The notes under the pieces: model-generated
The model's input: only the letters and a program-made list of their open reading frames with translations
What the model was told of the DNA's origin: nothing
The model's database searches: none
Part shown: piece by piece, positions 35,801 through 47,800 of the stretch
How positions within the stretch are numbered: the stretch's first letter is position 1
Layout: the number at the start of each line of letters is the position of its first letter
Assembly (NCBI GenBank): GCA_051362555.1
Contig: CM120640.1
Coordinates: forward strand, 1,178,001 to 1,242,000
DNA length: 64,000 bases
Source of the DNA: Lingula anatina
Taxonomy: Eukaryota; Animalia; Brachiopoda
Reading direction: 5' to 3'
Program-made: the position numbers and the translations under genes

Positions 35801-38800
35801 CTGTATCAACAAGTCCTTCTCTTCTTTGTTTTTCTGGTTGTTGCTGTCTATTTGTTCCTGTAATTCACCAACTTTGGTCTCCAACCCCTGTTTTTCTTCA
35901 ATAAAACTCTGCCTGACTTCTTCAGAAGATTTCCCCATATCTTCAATCTGTTGCTGTAATTCAGTTAGCTGAGCAATCAGTGTGTCTTTTTCTTCCTTAT
36001 ACTTCTGACTTTTCTGATCTAACAGTTCTTGGAATTGTGCAAGCTGTTCTTCATGATCCTGTGCCTTTAGCTTCAACTGGTCATCTTTCTCCTCGCTAGC
36101 TTTGATAGCCTGTGCTAGTTGTTCTTGTGCATCTGTAAGTTGTGCAATCAAAGCCACTTTCTCCTCTTCCCTACTCCTTTCAGTTTCTTCCATACTGGCT
36201 GTAAGATCTGCGATAGTTGTCTTCAAATCTTCCCTTTCCCTTTCAACTTCTTCAAGCTTTTTGTTAAGGGTCAATCTTGCATCTTCCATTTGCTGTTGAG
36301 TCTCTGTTAGCTGATTTATCAACATATTCTTTTCTTCTTTGCTAGTTTCCTCACTCCTTTGCAACTGTTCCTGCAGACCAGCCAGTTGTGTCTCTAATTC
36401 CTCTTTCTCTGCAATAAAATTTTTGTTGGCTTCATCAGAAGATTTCCCAATGTCCTCTATCTGTTGTTGTAACTCCGACATTTGAGCAATAAGTGTGTCC
36501 TTTTCTTCTTTATATTTTTTACTCTTGGTATCCAAAAGGTCCTGGAATTCAGAAAGCCTCTCCTCATGAGCTTGTTTTTCCTGTTTCATTTGATCATCTT
36601 TTTCATCAGAAGCACAAGTAAGACTTTCAACTTGCTCTTGTAAGTCTGTCAGCTGTCCAATTAAAAGATCTTTTTCTTCTTTATTTTTCTGAGTAGTTTG
36701 TTCCAACCCAGTTTCAAGTCTTGAAATCATTGCATCTAAATTCTTTTTCTCGCTTTCGTACATTTCAGTCTTCTCCTCACTGGACTTAATACCATCCTCT
36801 AATTGTTGTTGTAATTCGGTGAGCTGGACAATTAACATCTCTTTTTCCTCTTTGTGTTTGTGATCTTTAGCAAGCAATTGTGACTCCAAGTCACTTATTT
36901 GTGTCTGAAGACTTTCTTTTTCCTCTTCATGTGTCTTCTCTTTCTCCTCAGTCAATTTCTGAAGTGTTGAGTACTGTTGCTGAAGCTCACCAAGTTCCCC
37001 AATAAGCAAGTCCTTCTCTTCTTTGTATTTCTGATCTTTCTCATCAGCAGAATACCCTAGAGACTCTAACTGTAGCTTTAATTCACTTATCTCATTCTGT
37101 AATGATGTAGCTTCTTCCTGATGTTTCTGAGTCTGGCTGCTGAAATCCTCACTTATGGTTTCAATCTGAGCATTCTTCTCCCTCACTATACCCCTGGTCT
37201 GTTCTAGCTCTTCTACAGTTTGGTCCAGCTGTGACTGAAAAGATTCTAGTTCATTACAGTAAGAGTCACACTTTTCATTACTTTCTTGTAAAAAGGTTTT
37301 CAATTCTGAAATCTGCTCTTCTCTAGCTGACAAGGTGGACTGTGTTGTTTGGTAGTTGAACTCAGCTTGCTCTAATTTTTTCTGTAGCTCTTCAACTTGT
37401 TCAGTATAACTCTGCAGCTGTGAGTTCACATCTCCCAGGTTTTCTGTCAGAGCAATGAGCTGCTGTTCTTTCTGTGCCATCTCCTCGCTGAGAGCTACCA
37501 TCCTCATACTGTTCTCCTCTAGCTGTTGTTTCAGCAGAGCACCCTCTTCTGCAGCCTGTGTCTGCACTCTCAGCTCCGAGACCAGTTGTTCACATTGGTC
37601 CTGGAGCCCCTTGCACTGGTCTTGTAGAGCAGCATTCTCTTCCTGTGCCTTCTCAATCTGTGCATTCATTTCCTGACTTATGGTGGATATCTGGGTATTC
37701 TTTTCCTTCAACCCTGTACGAACAAGCTCCAGTTGCTCTACTGCCTGCTCAAATTGGCCCTGCAAGGAATCTAGCTCCTGTTCCTGAGTCTGGAGTTTCA
37801 GGTTGGTTTCTTCCAAGGTGCCTTTCAACACAGAAACCTCCTGTTCCAACTCTGAACACCTTGCTTGTTTCTGATCATGTTCAGAGACAGACTGATTGAG
37901 ATCACCTTGTAATTTCTCTATCTGTTCACTATTTGTTTCTAGCTGGGAGTTCATCTCACCTATATTCTCTGTCAAAGCCAAGAGTTGCCTGTCCTTCTGG
38001 GCCACCTGCTCTCCAAGTTTGACAATCTCCTCCTCCTTTCCTGCAGCGTTCTCAGTTAAAGACACCAGCTTCATGTTGGCATCTTCTAACTGTTGTTTCA
38101 AAATGGCATTTTCCTCATTAGTGTTCTGGAATTGAGTTGAAATTGTGTCAAGTTTCTCATCAAGATCTGAAATAGTTGCATCTTTTTCACAGAGAGTTTT
38201 ATCTTTCTCAGTCAAAGCTGAGCGAGCCTCCTCACACTGTTCATGCAAGCCATCCAATTGTGTATTTAGTTCACTTATTATTTCTAGATTTTGGTTCTGC
38301 TTCACAGTCAGTTGCTCCTTGTCATTTGTCAAAGATTGAATTGATTCTGTCATTTCCTTCAGGGTATCCTTTTGCTTATCTCTTTGTTCAGCAAGTTCTT
38401 TACACTGTTCCCCAGCAAGAGTTAAACTTTCCTTCAACTGAGTTGTCTTCTGTGTTAGATTATCATACTCTGCTTGTAAGTCTGTCAAAATGGTCAACAG
38501 CTCATTCTTTTCTTTGTCAGCTCTGTTGTACTCTGCCTGTAAATGATCACATGATTCAACATACTTTTTCATCTGCTCATTTGTCTCTTGCAGATTTTGA
38601 CTGAAAGTCGCAAACTGGTCATCTCTGTCTTTGAGAACACTTTGCAAGCCCTGGACTTCTCCAATGGTGTCGCCTAGATGTGCTTTGAGTTTTTGGACTT
38701 CTTCAGCATAGTTTGCTGTCTGTTGATTGGATTCTTCGATGCTATCTTCCAGAGCCTTTATTAGTTCCTCCTTATCCTCAATATCCTCTGTCATTTCTTT

Positions 38801-41800
38801 AAGATTTGAGGTAAGACTGATACATTCTGTGCTTAAATCTGAAAGCTGCTGTTTGTAAACCTCTGCCTCTCCTGTCAACCTGTCAACTGCCTCTGACAGC
38901 AGCGCTATATCTGTTTCTTTCTGCTGAATCTGCTCTGTTAACTCAGCCCTAGACTCATCAAGTTCTTGACTGGCACTTTTCAGCTGGTCTGCCAAATTAT
39001 CGTTCTTCTGTTGAAGCTCCTGACTCTGCTGTAAAAGCGCTTCAATTCTTTTGTCCTTGTCACCTCCAGTTTTTTGCCATTCTGCTAACACACCCTGCAG
39101 ATTAGCATTGGTCTGTGCCCTGGATTCCAGCTCTCCATTCTGGGTCTCTACTTTCTCCTTAAGCACTTTTAACTCTTCATCTGAGGACTGCAGATGGGAT
39201 CTAAGAGAATCTACAGTCTCATGAAGTTGAACATTTTCTTCTTTGGCTGTGCTTAGCTGCCTGGCAAGATCTGCATATTGTTCTTCTAAGACCTGCATTT
39301 GTTTCTGGAGTTCCTCATTCAATTTGTCAGCCGACTTCAACTGATCCACTAAAGTATTCAGTGTTATGCAGTTTGTGTCAATATTATTCTGCTGTTGTGA
39401 AACAGTGTCCAAAACACTAGCATAAGCCTCCTCTGATTTTTCCAATTTGCTGGTCATATCTTGCACTGTCTTTTCATATTCTTCTAATTGATCTTTCATG
39501 TTACTCACAGTCTGACTTAAAAGTGTCTCTTTCTGTTTGCTCTCCTCACTAAAATGCTTGTATGCCTGCTGTAAAGTTTGTACACAACTTGAGAGGTCTG
39601 TAATAGTCACCTCTTTCTGTTCTACATCTGCTTGTATTTCAGCAAACTGTCTCTGCAATTCATCTAGCATTTCATCTTTTTCTTTCAAAACTTCAGAAAG
39701 ATCAGTATGTGTTTGATTCATAACACCTACGGCAGCTGTTTTGTTAGCAATCTCATGTTCTAGGCTTCCTTTTTCTGTTTCAAATTGGCTTGTTATCTCA
39801 CTCAACTGAGTCCTAGAAGCTTCCAGTTGTTGACTCACAGTATCAATCAATCCATCTTTCTCTGATAAATTGCCTTCCAGTTCAGCAACTTTGTCTCTTG
39901 CTTGCTGGAGATCAGTGTGCAGATCTGAAATTGTTTGACCCTTTTCATCTCCAGATTGCCTCAATTCAGCCAGCTGGTCTTCCAAGGTCTTGCAAACACC
40001 CTTGCTCTTACTTAACTCATCTTCCACCTCTACAAGTGCCTGACTTAATGAGGCATTGGCCTCTGTCACTTCTTGTAGGCTGGTTTCCAGATTAGCCAAG
40101 GTATTATTATTTTCTTCAATCTTCAAATGCTGGTTCTGAAGTTTATTTGTCAATTGTTCGTGGGTTTTTACTGCTTTATCTAGCTCACTGTGCAACTGAG
40201 AAATCATCGTATCAGAAGACATCAACTGTGACTGCAAGTCTTGAACAGTTTTTTCTAGGGTCTCCACCGTCTGTTGATTAGATGCATGCTCTGTGGTGTA
40301 AAGTTCTCGTTGTTTCCTAACTTCTGCAGTCAGTTGGTTGGAAAGTGCTTGCTTTTCAGCAACATCAGCTTGTACATTTGATATATGTTTCTGCATGGTG
40401 TCCAGCAATGTATCTTTCTCCAGGTTGACATTCTGTAAATCTTGAAGGTTTTCTCTCAAAGCCCCTATTACACCATCCCTTTCACTTAACTGCTGTTTAT
40501 AAGAGGCAGTGTCAACTTCTAACTGTGTACACAAGGCAGCATGCTTTTCTTCCCAATTTTTCTCACTGTCCTGATGTTTGTTCTCCATTTCTGTAACATG
40601 CAACTGAAGACCGTGCAAGGTCTCCCTCAGAGAGTTAATTAGTTGGTCTTTTTCCTCTGCAGATCTACGGCTGACTTGCTGTACCTCTTCCAAGTCCTGC
40701 TTCATCTTTTCAACAGCGGTATTTCTGTCACTCATATCTGCTTGAAGCTCAGAGACTACTTTACTCTGCTCTCTGAAGTCATTTTCCTTTTCCTCAACAA
40801 GATGTTTCTGTTGGTTGATTTCTGCTTCTTTTTGCTGGACAGCTTCCTTCAGATCTGAAATATCTTGCTGCAACTGACCCTGCATGTCATTAAATCTTCC
40901 CTGGAGTCCAGTCAGATCATGCTGCAGGCTGGCGCAAAACTCTGTTTTTTCTCCAAGTTGCTGTAGTGATTTATTCATGTCAGCTTCCTTCTGTTTCAAA
41001 GCACTCTGCAGCTCTTCCAAATGTACGGCTTGTTTTGACAACTCATCTTTCTTGCCTTCAATGTTAGACTCCAGTTCACTGCACTTCTCTGAAAACATCT
41101 GCAGTTGTGCTTGTACTTCCTTTAGAAGTTGGTCTTTCTCTGTTAGATTGCCATCTAATTCTTGAAGCTTGTCCTTCAGCTGTGCAAGTTCTGCAGTCAG
41201 TGCTGTTATTGTCTGATCTTTTTCGTCACCAGATTTCTGTTGTTTTGCAAGTGTATCTTCCAAAGTCTTGGCATTTTCTTGACTTTTTGAAAGTTCAGAT
41301 TCTAAACTACTTACTTCCCCAAGAAGCCCTTCATTGGTTTCAGTCAGGTTTTTGAGACTAGCTTCCAAAGATACCAAACAGGTGCTGTTTTCACCAATCT
41401 GTTCATTTTGTTTCCTCAGTTTATTGGAGAGTTCCTCATTCTCCTGAACTGCTAATTCCAAACCAGACTGCTGACTAGAGACAAGAGAATCAAATATGGT
41501 CACCTGAGATTTGAGCTCACTTATCACATTTTCTAAGGTCAACATTTTCTGCTCACTTTCTTCTTTATCAGCTACAGACTGACTCTTCTGCTCATCCACA
41601 GATGTAGACAGTGACTGCAGCTCTATTTGCTTGTTGAAAACTTCTTCATGGATCTTGGTCACCTGACCTTGCAGCTCAGATATGAAGCTGTCTTTTTCAC
41701 TGTTGACATCTGTCAGGTCCTTTATGCTCTCCTTCAGAGCAGTAACAATAGTGTCCTTTTCTTGAATTTCTTGACTTAAAGCTGATATTTTTGACAAATG

Positions 41801-44800
41801 CTCAATCTCAGACTCTTTCATCATTTGTTGTGAATTATTCAATGCTTCTGTCAAGTCAGCTATATCTTGCTGTAGCTGTTGCTGTAAGTCAGCAAATTTT
41901 CCTCTGGATACTTCAAGCTCATGGTCTTTGGATGCTAACTGCTCTGCAAAGTTGGCCTGTAGCTGCTGAGTGTGTTCAGAATTGCCTTGTACTTGCTGAT
42001 AGTGCTTCTGTTCTCTTGTTTCTATGTCCTGTTCTAATACAGCTATTGTCTCTGTGCGTTCCTGAATCCGTCCTTCTAGCTTGGTATTTGCTTCCAGAAG
42101 ACTATCAATCTGACACTGTAATTCAGTCACCCTTTCTTCAGATTCTTTCTTGGTTGTGGCAAGATTTTCTCTCTCAGTACCAAGTTTTTCACTAAAGTCT
42201 GTAACTGCAGTTTCGAGATTTTTGACCTTTTCTGTTAATTCTTCATTTGTCCTTGTAGCCTTCATCAACTGGTCTTGTTGAATGTTCAGTTCTTTTTCTT
42301 TTTCCTTCAATGCCTCTTCTAACATCTCCATCTGTTCATTTAGATTTCTGATAATTTCACTTAAGTTTTCTTTTTCTTTCTGGTACTCAGCTGTGGTGTT
42401 GGTAAGTTGTGCTCCCAAGTCCTCTGCCTTGGAAGATTTACTCTGCAGTTGACCCTGTAAGTCTGTTATTTGATTATGCAACTTTTCTGTGTCTTCACCA
42501 AAAGCATCCTTAAGTGCTGTTATTTCTTCCTTCTTTTCAGTAAGAGCATGGGTTAAGTCCTTAATTTCTTTCTGTAGAGATTCTTTTTCTGTAGAAGATT
42601 TTTGAGACAAGCTTTGCACTTCTTGAACCTGCTGTGAAACTTCACCCTCAAGTTCAAGAATTCTTGAATCCTTCTGCCTAATCTCTTCAGAAAGAGACTG
42701 TTGATTGTGAAGTAAGTGTTCCCTTTCTATGGCAAAGTCTTGCATCAACTTCTCAAGTTCTTCTCTCTGGTCCTGTATCTGTTGTGTTAGGTTCCCCACT
42801 CTGTTGCCAAGTTGCTCCTGAACAGTTTGTGAAGCTGACTTCAACTCAACCAGTTCAGCACATTTCACTTTCAGCTGTTCAGCAATGTCATCTTTTTGAC
42901 CAGTGAGATGTTTCTTTTCTTCTTCTGTAGCAGTTTTCAAAGACTCTAGTTCACATTCTGATGAATGTAACTTTTCTGTCAGATCCACCATTTTACATCC
43001 TAGTTCCTCTTGTGTCATATGGAAGCTTCCCTGCAACTGTTCAAATTCAGCAGCTTTATCTTTCAATTCCTTTGTTAGCTGTGATATTCTGTCTGACATT
43101 GTGTCTTTTTCTTCACTGAAAGACTTCTTTACAGCAGCTAATTCTTCTGATGCTAGGTTGAACTTGGCAGCTAAATCTGAAAGCTGACTATTTGAATAAT
43201 CTTCTTTTTCCTTCATTTCATCCAAAATCAATTGTTTTTCTTGCTGGGATGCTTTCAGGTGAGAGCCAAGTTCTTCTATCTCAAGCTGCAAACCCTCTTG
43301 AACTTTTGATGCTGAAGACATTTGCTGCTGTAACTGGGATTCTTTACTAACAATTTCCTGTTCCAGTGAAGATGTTTTCTCTTTATAGCTTGCTATTTCT
43401 GAATCATAATGTTCTGTTTTCTCCTTAAGAGTATCACTGGTTGTCAGCAGATCATTAGACAATAGTGCAATTTTCTGCATAAGTTCTTCTCTTTCTTTCT
43501 CAGCTGATTCCATAAGTTGCTTGTTTGAAGCATCCAACTCCTCCCGGTCCTTTGTCAGGTTGGATATTTGACTTTCATAATCTGTAGATTTTTGTTGGTT
43601 AAGTTCGGAGGCTTCTTTGGCTGACTCTTGTTGTTGTGCTAAAGCATTTTCCTTTTCTTGCAATTTTTGTGCCAGTAATGCCATCTGCTCTTTGTAATCT
43701 AATTCCTTTTCAGTGAGGTTTTGCTTTATCTTTTCTAGTTCCCCTAACTGACTGGTCAGATTTTGGCACTCTGACTGAGTCATCTGCAAGTTAACCTTCA
43801 GCTGGTCTACCTCTGCCTGTAACCCCTGTATCTGCTCTGCCATCTCTCCATTTTCCTTTTCCTTCTGCTGGCATTGTGCTGAAAGTTGTTCCACTTCAGC
43901 AGTTTTCTGTGTCAGCTGAGATGACAATTCTGTTACCTGGGTTCTACTGTCCTGTAATTGGTTTTCTGTTGTATTTAATGTACTGGCCACTTCATCATGC
44001 TGAGCAGTCACTTCATCCAGCTGCTTTTGCCTGTCCTGAACCTCCTGAGTCAGGAAGACTACATCTGACTCCTTTTCCTCCAGTTGCTTAGTCAAGTCTT
44101 CAGCCTCACTCCTCTTCTGCTGTAATTCATCAGTCAATGTCTTCAATTTGGCTTTGTTATTCTTGATGTGTTCTGATAATTTTTCTATTTTCTCTTCCTT
44201 CTCCTCCACTGCACTGCTGAACTGTTCCACTTCTGTCTTAGCCTCCAGGAGCTGGTTAGTGATTTGCTCAATACGGACTTCTCTCTGATCAAGATCTTTG
44301 GTCAAACTTTCAATTTTATTCTTCAGTGAAGTTTCAATGGATGTCTCTCTTTCTTGTGCTTCCTGCTTAAGAAGGCCTAAATCCGTCGCCATTTGGTCTT
44401 CTTTCCGTTTGGCTTGTTTAACTTCTTTCGTGAGAAAAGCTACCTCTTCCTTATATGAAGATTCTTTGGTTTCATACTCCTGTGCCTGTAATTCCAGTGT
44501 TTCTCTCGTCTGTTTAAGTTGGTCTGTCAGATCTTTGATTTGCTGGAAAAGATCTTCCTCAACTGCCTTTGAAAATGCTTGAAGCTCTCCATAATTATTC
44601 TCTTTTTTCTTGATTTTGGCATTCAAATCTTTAATCTTGCTGTTGTAATCTTGCTCCTTGTCATAAAAATCATCCTCAGTTTCTATGAGTTTTTTGTTTA
44701 AGTCTTTTATCTTTTGATTTAAAGCTGCCTCCCTTCTATCAGTTGTAGTCTGTAGCTCAGCAAGCAACTTTTCTTTCTCTTTCACGGTGGCTTTCAAGGC

Positions 44801-47800
44801 AGAGACCTCCTGGTTCAATGAAGCTTCCATTTCTTTATATTTTTCACTTTCAACTTGCAACTGATCCTGAGCATTTTTCAATTTCTCAGCATGGGAATCT
44901 TCAATTGCCTTCAGACTGGCTTCCATTTCAGCAAGTCTCTTGTTTCTCTCCTCCAGTTTAGCAGATAAGGACATGATGGTTTCTGAGTGTTCATGCACCA
45001 ACTTCTCCGCTTCATCTTTGGAATGTTGAAGCAGTTCCAGCTTTTGTTTATTATCAGCGAGAGCATCATCTTTCTGCTGTAGTAAGTCTTGCAACTTGGC
45101 CTGTTCCTCTTTATGTTGTTTTGTATTCTGTTCACCTTGTTCTCTGACAAGTGCTAGGTTTGTCTTAGTTTCTTCTAGTTCAGTAGACAAAGTATTGACC
45201 TTTGCTGAAAGTTCTTCCTCCATTTTAGAGGCGGTGGCTTTCAAGCTATCTAGCTCGGTATCTCTTCTGCTCAACTCCTCAAACAAGTGTGAAAGTTCCT
45301 CCTCTTTCTCCTTCAGTGCCTTTTGATTTTCATTTAATGAATCAGTAAGTTGTTGCTGCCTGTCTCTCAGGTTTTCAATTTCCTGCTCTAACTTGGCAAT
45401 TCTTTCTTCAGAATGTGCTGTATTGTCTGCAAGTAACGACTTTTGAACTTTGACCTCAGCAGTCAACTTTTCAATCTCCTTCTGGTAGTCTTGCTCCATA
45501 TTTTGAGATTGGGTCTGAATGGCTGACTTCTCATTCTGAACCTGTAAGAGCTCATTGCTGAGTTGCTCAGCCTGCTTGTTAAGTTCACTCTGCATTTGTT
45601 TACTTGACTCATTTAGTTCACCAAGAGCTGCTGTTTTCTCTTTTAACTGTGAGTCCAACTCTGCTACAGACTCCTGCAGCTGCTTTTCTTTTTCAGCCAG
45701 TTGCTTATTCTGATCATCCTGTAGTTTGACTTGCTGTTGTAGTTGGTCAACCACTTCTGACAGCTGTTTAGTTTTCTCTCGAAGAGAAGCAGCCTCTTCA
45801 TGCAAATGCTGTTCCTTCTCTGAGCTGGACATCTGCATCTTTTCCAGCTCCACCTCCTTGGCCTGAGCACTCTCATTCAGTGCTGAGATCTGTGCTAAGA
45901 GTTCCTCTTTCCTTTGGCTGAAGTCTTGATCAGCTTGCTCTTTCTCATTTAGAGCGGTATGTAACTGACTAGAAACGTCCTGCAACTTTTGAGTAATACT
46001 GTTAATATCATCTTCTTTATCTTTAATACTAGCTCTTAGGTCATCACACTGTTCTTTTTCCTGTTTTAATTTCTGCTGAATTTGGGAAAGCTCCTTAGAA
46101 TGACTATTCTGTAGATTTTCAAGGTCTTGCTTAAGTTTAGTTATTTCACTTTCTAAGTCCGATTTGCTTTTTTGCTGAGAAGAAAGATTTTCTTCAAGCT
46201 CTAAGACTAGCTCTTGCATGTCATGAATGGTGTTTGCAGATTCTTTTTGGTGCTCTTCAAGCTCCTTGTTTTTGCCTACCAAAGAAGCCTGCAAACTGTC
46301 AACTTCGAGAGATTTTGTCTGAAGAAGTGACTGGGAACGTTCTAATTCATCAGCTTTACTGGTTATTTCTGAGTTAAGTGTGTCAACCTCTCCAATCTTC
46401 TGAACTAATTCACCCTCCAAGTCTTTAGTATGTTCTTTACCCTCAGACAACTGCTGGATGTAGGTGGATATTTCATCTTGTAGCCTTATCACAGTCTTAT
46501 TCAGCTCATTTTGTTTACCCTCTGAACTATCAGTCATTTGCTTCAATGAGCTTTGTAGATTTTCCACCCTTTCTTCCAAGTTCTTAATGGTTAGTCCCTG
46601 TTCTTCTGAAGCAGCTTGTTGCTTGTTAATCTGGTCTTGAAGTGCAGCATTTTGCTGCTGTAGCTCTGACAGTCCACCTTCTAGTTTTGCCCTTTCTTCC
46701 TCTCCCTGTTTTAGCTGACTATCAAGTTTGGCACAGTCATCTAAATGTGTCTGAATAGCACCATCCTTCTGGAGTACCTTATTTTCAAATTCTTCAACAG
46801 CTTTTGCATAGTCACTTTCTTTTTGAGCAAGTTCATTTGTTAGCTTTTGGGAATGTTCTGTTGCCTGTTGCAGCTGTGTATCCAACTCTACCACCTTTGC
46901 TTGGGAAGCCCTTAGTTCCTCATCCAACTCGAGCACCTTATTTCCATTTTCGGAAGAACTTTTCTGAAGGTCAGTTTCCTTCTGAGCAAAATCTTGTTGG
47001 AGTTGCTGTATTTGCTGATCTTTGTCATGAAGTTGATTTCCTAAACTAGCCAACTTTGTTTCATGGGCTTCATTGGCATCATTCAATTCTAGCACCTTAG
47101 ATTCAAGTTCACTAACATATGTGTTTAACTCCTGTACTTTCTCATCAAACTGAGATTGCTTTGATTGAGCATCATTTTTAGAAGATTGTAGCTTTTGTAG
47201 TAGGTCCAAGTTTTCAGTTTCTAGCACCTTCACCTTCTCTCCACTTTCCTGTAATGAGTGCGAAAGCTGCTGGACTTGGTTTTCAAGAGAGTTGACTTTT
47301 TCCGTAGAATTGTGTAGGCTGGAGTCCAGCTCAGAGACACGCTTTGAAAGTCCTTGCTCAGCTACATTGGATTCATCCCTTGTGGTTTTAAGTTCAGTTT
47401 CTAAAGTTTCACATATGTCTGATAAAGACTTAATGTTATCATTTAAGACACCTTTGTCTGCATTTGCAGCTTCTACTGCCTTTTGTAAGGAAGCATTTTC
47501 TTCTTCAGCTTTTGAATTCTTAGCCTCTAGAGAGGAAATTATCTCTTGTTTACCAGAGATGTCCTCTGTTAACTGAGACATTTTCTCTGTTATCTCACGT
47601 ACTTCCCCTTGTAATCTGTTCACTTCTTCTTGTAACTTAGTTTCATTTTTTTCAGTTGCTGTAAGCTTTTCAGTTAGTTCTTTCAATTTATCTTGATTTG
47701 TTTTCAATTCCTCTTGTTTCACTTCAAGTTCATGACTCAATTTATCACATAATTGCTTTGACTGTTTTAATTCTGTCTGAACTTTTTCCAATTCAGATGT

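Noticed and set aside
44655-44685. FFAT-like motif TEDDFYDKEQD in the giant exon
   Set aside because: Lacks the small residue and the final Glu of EFFDAxE and lies within predicted coiled coil.
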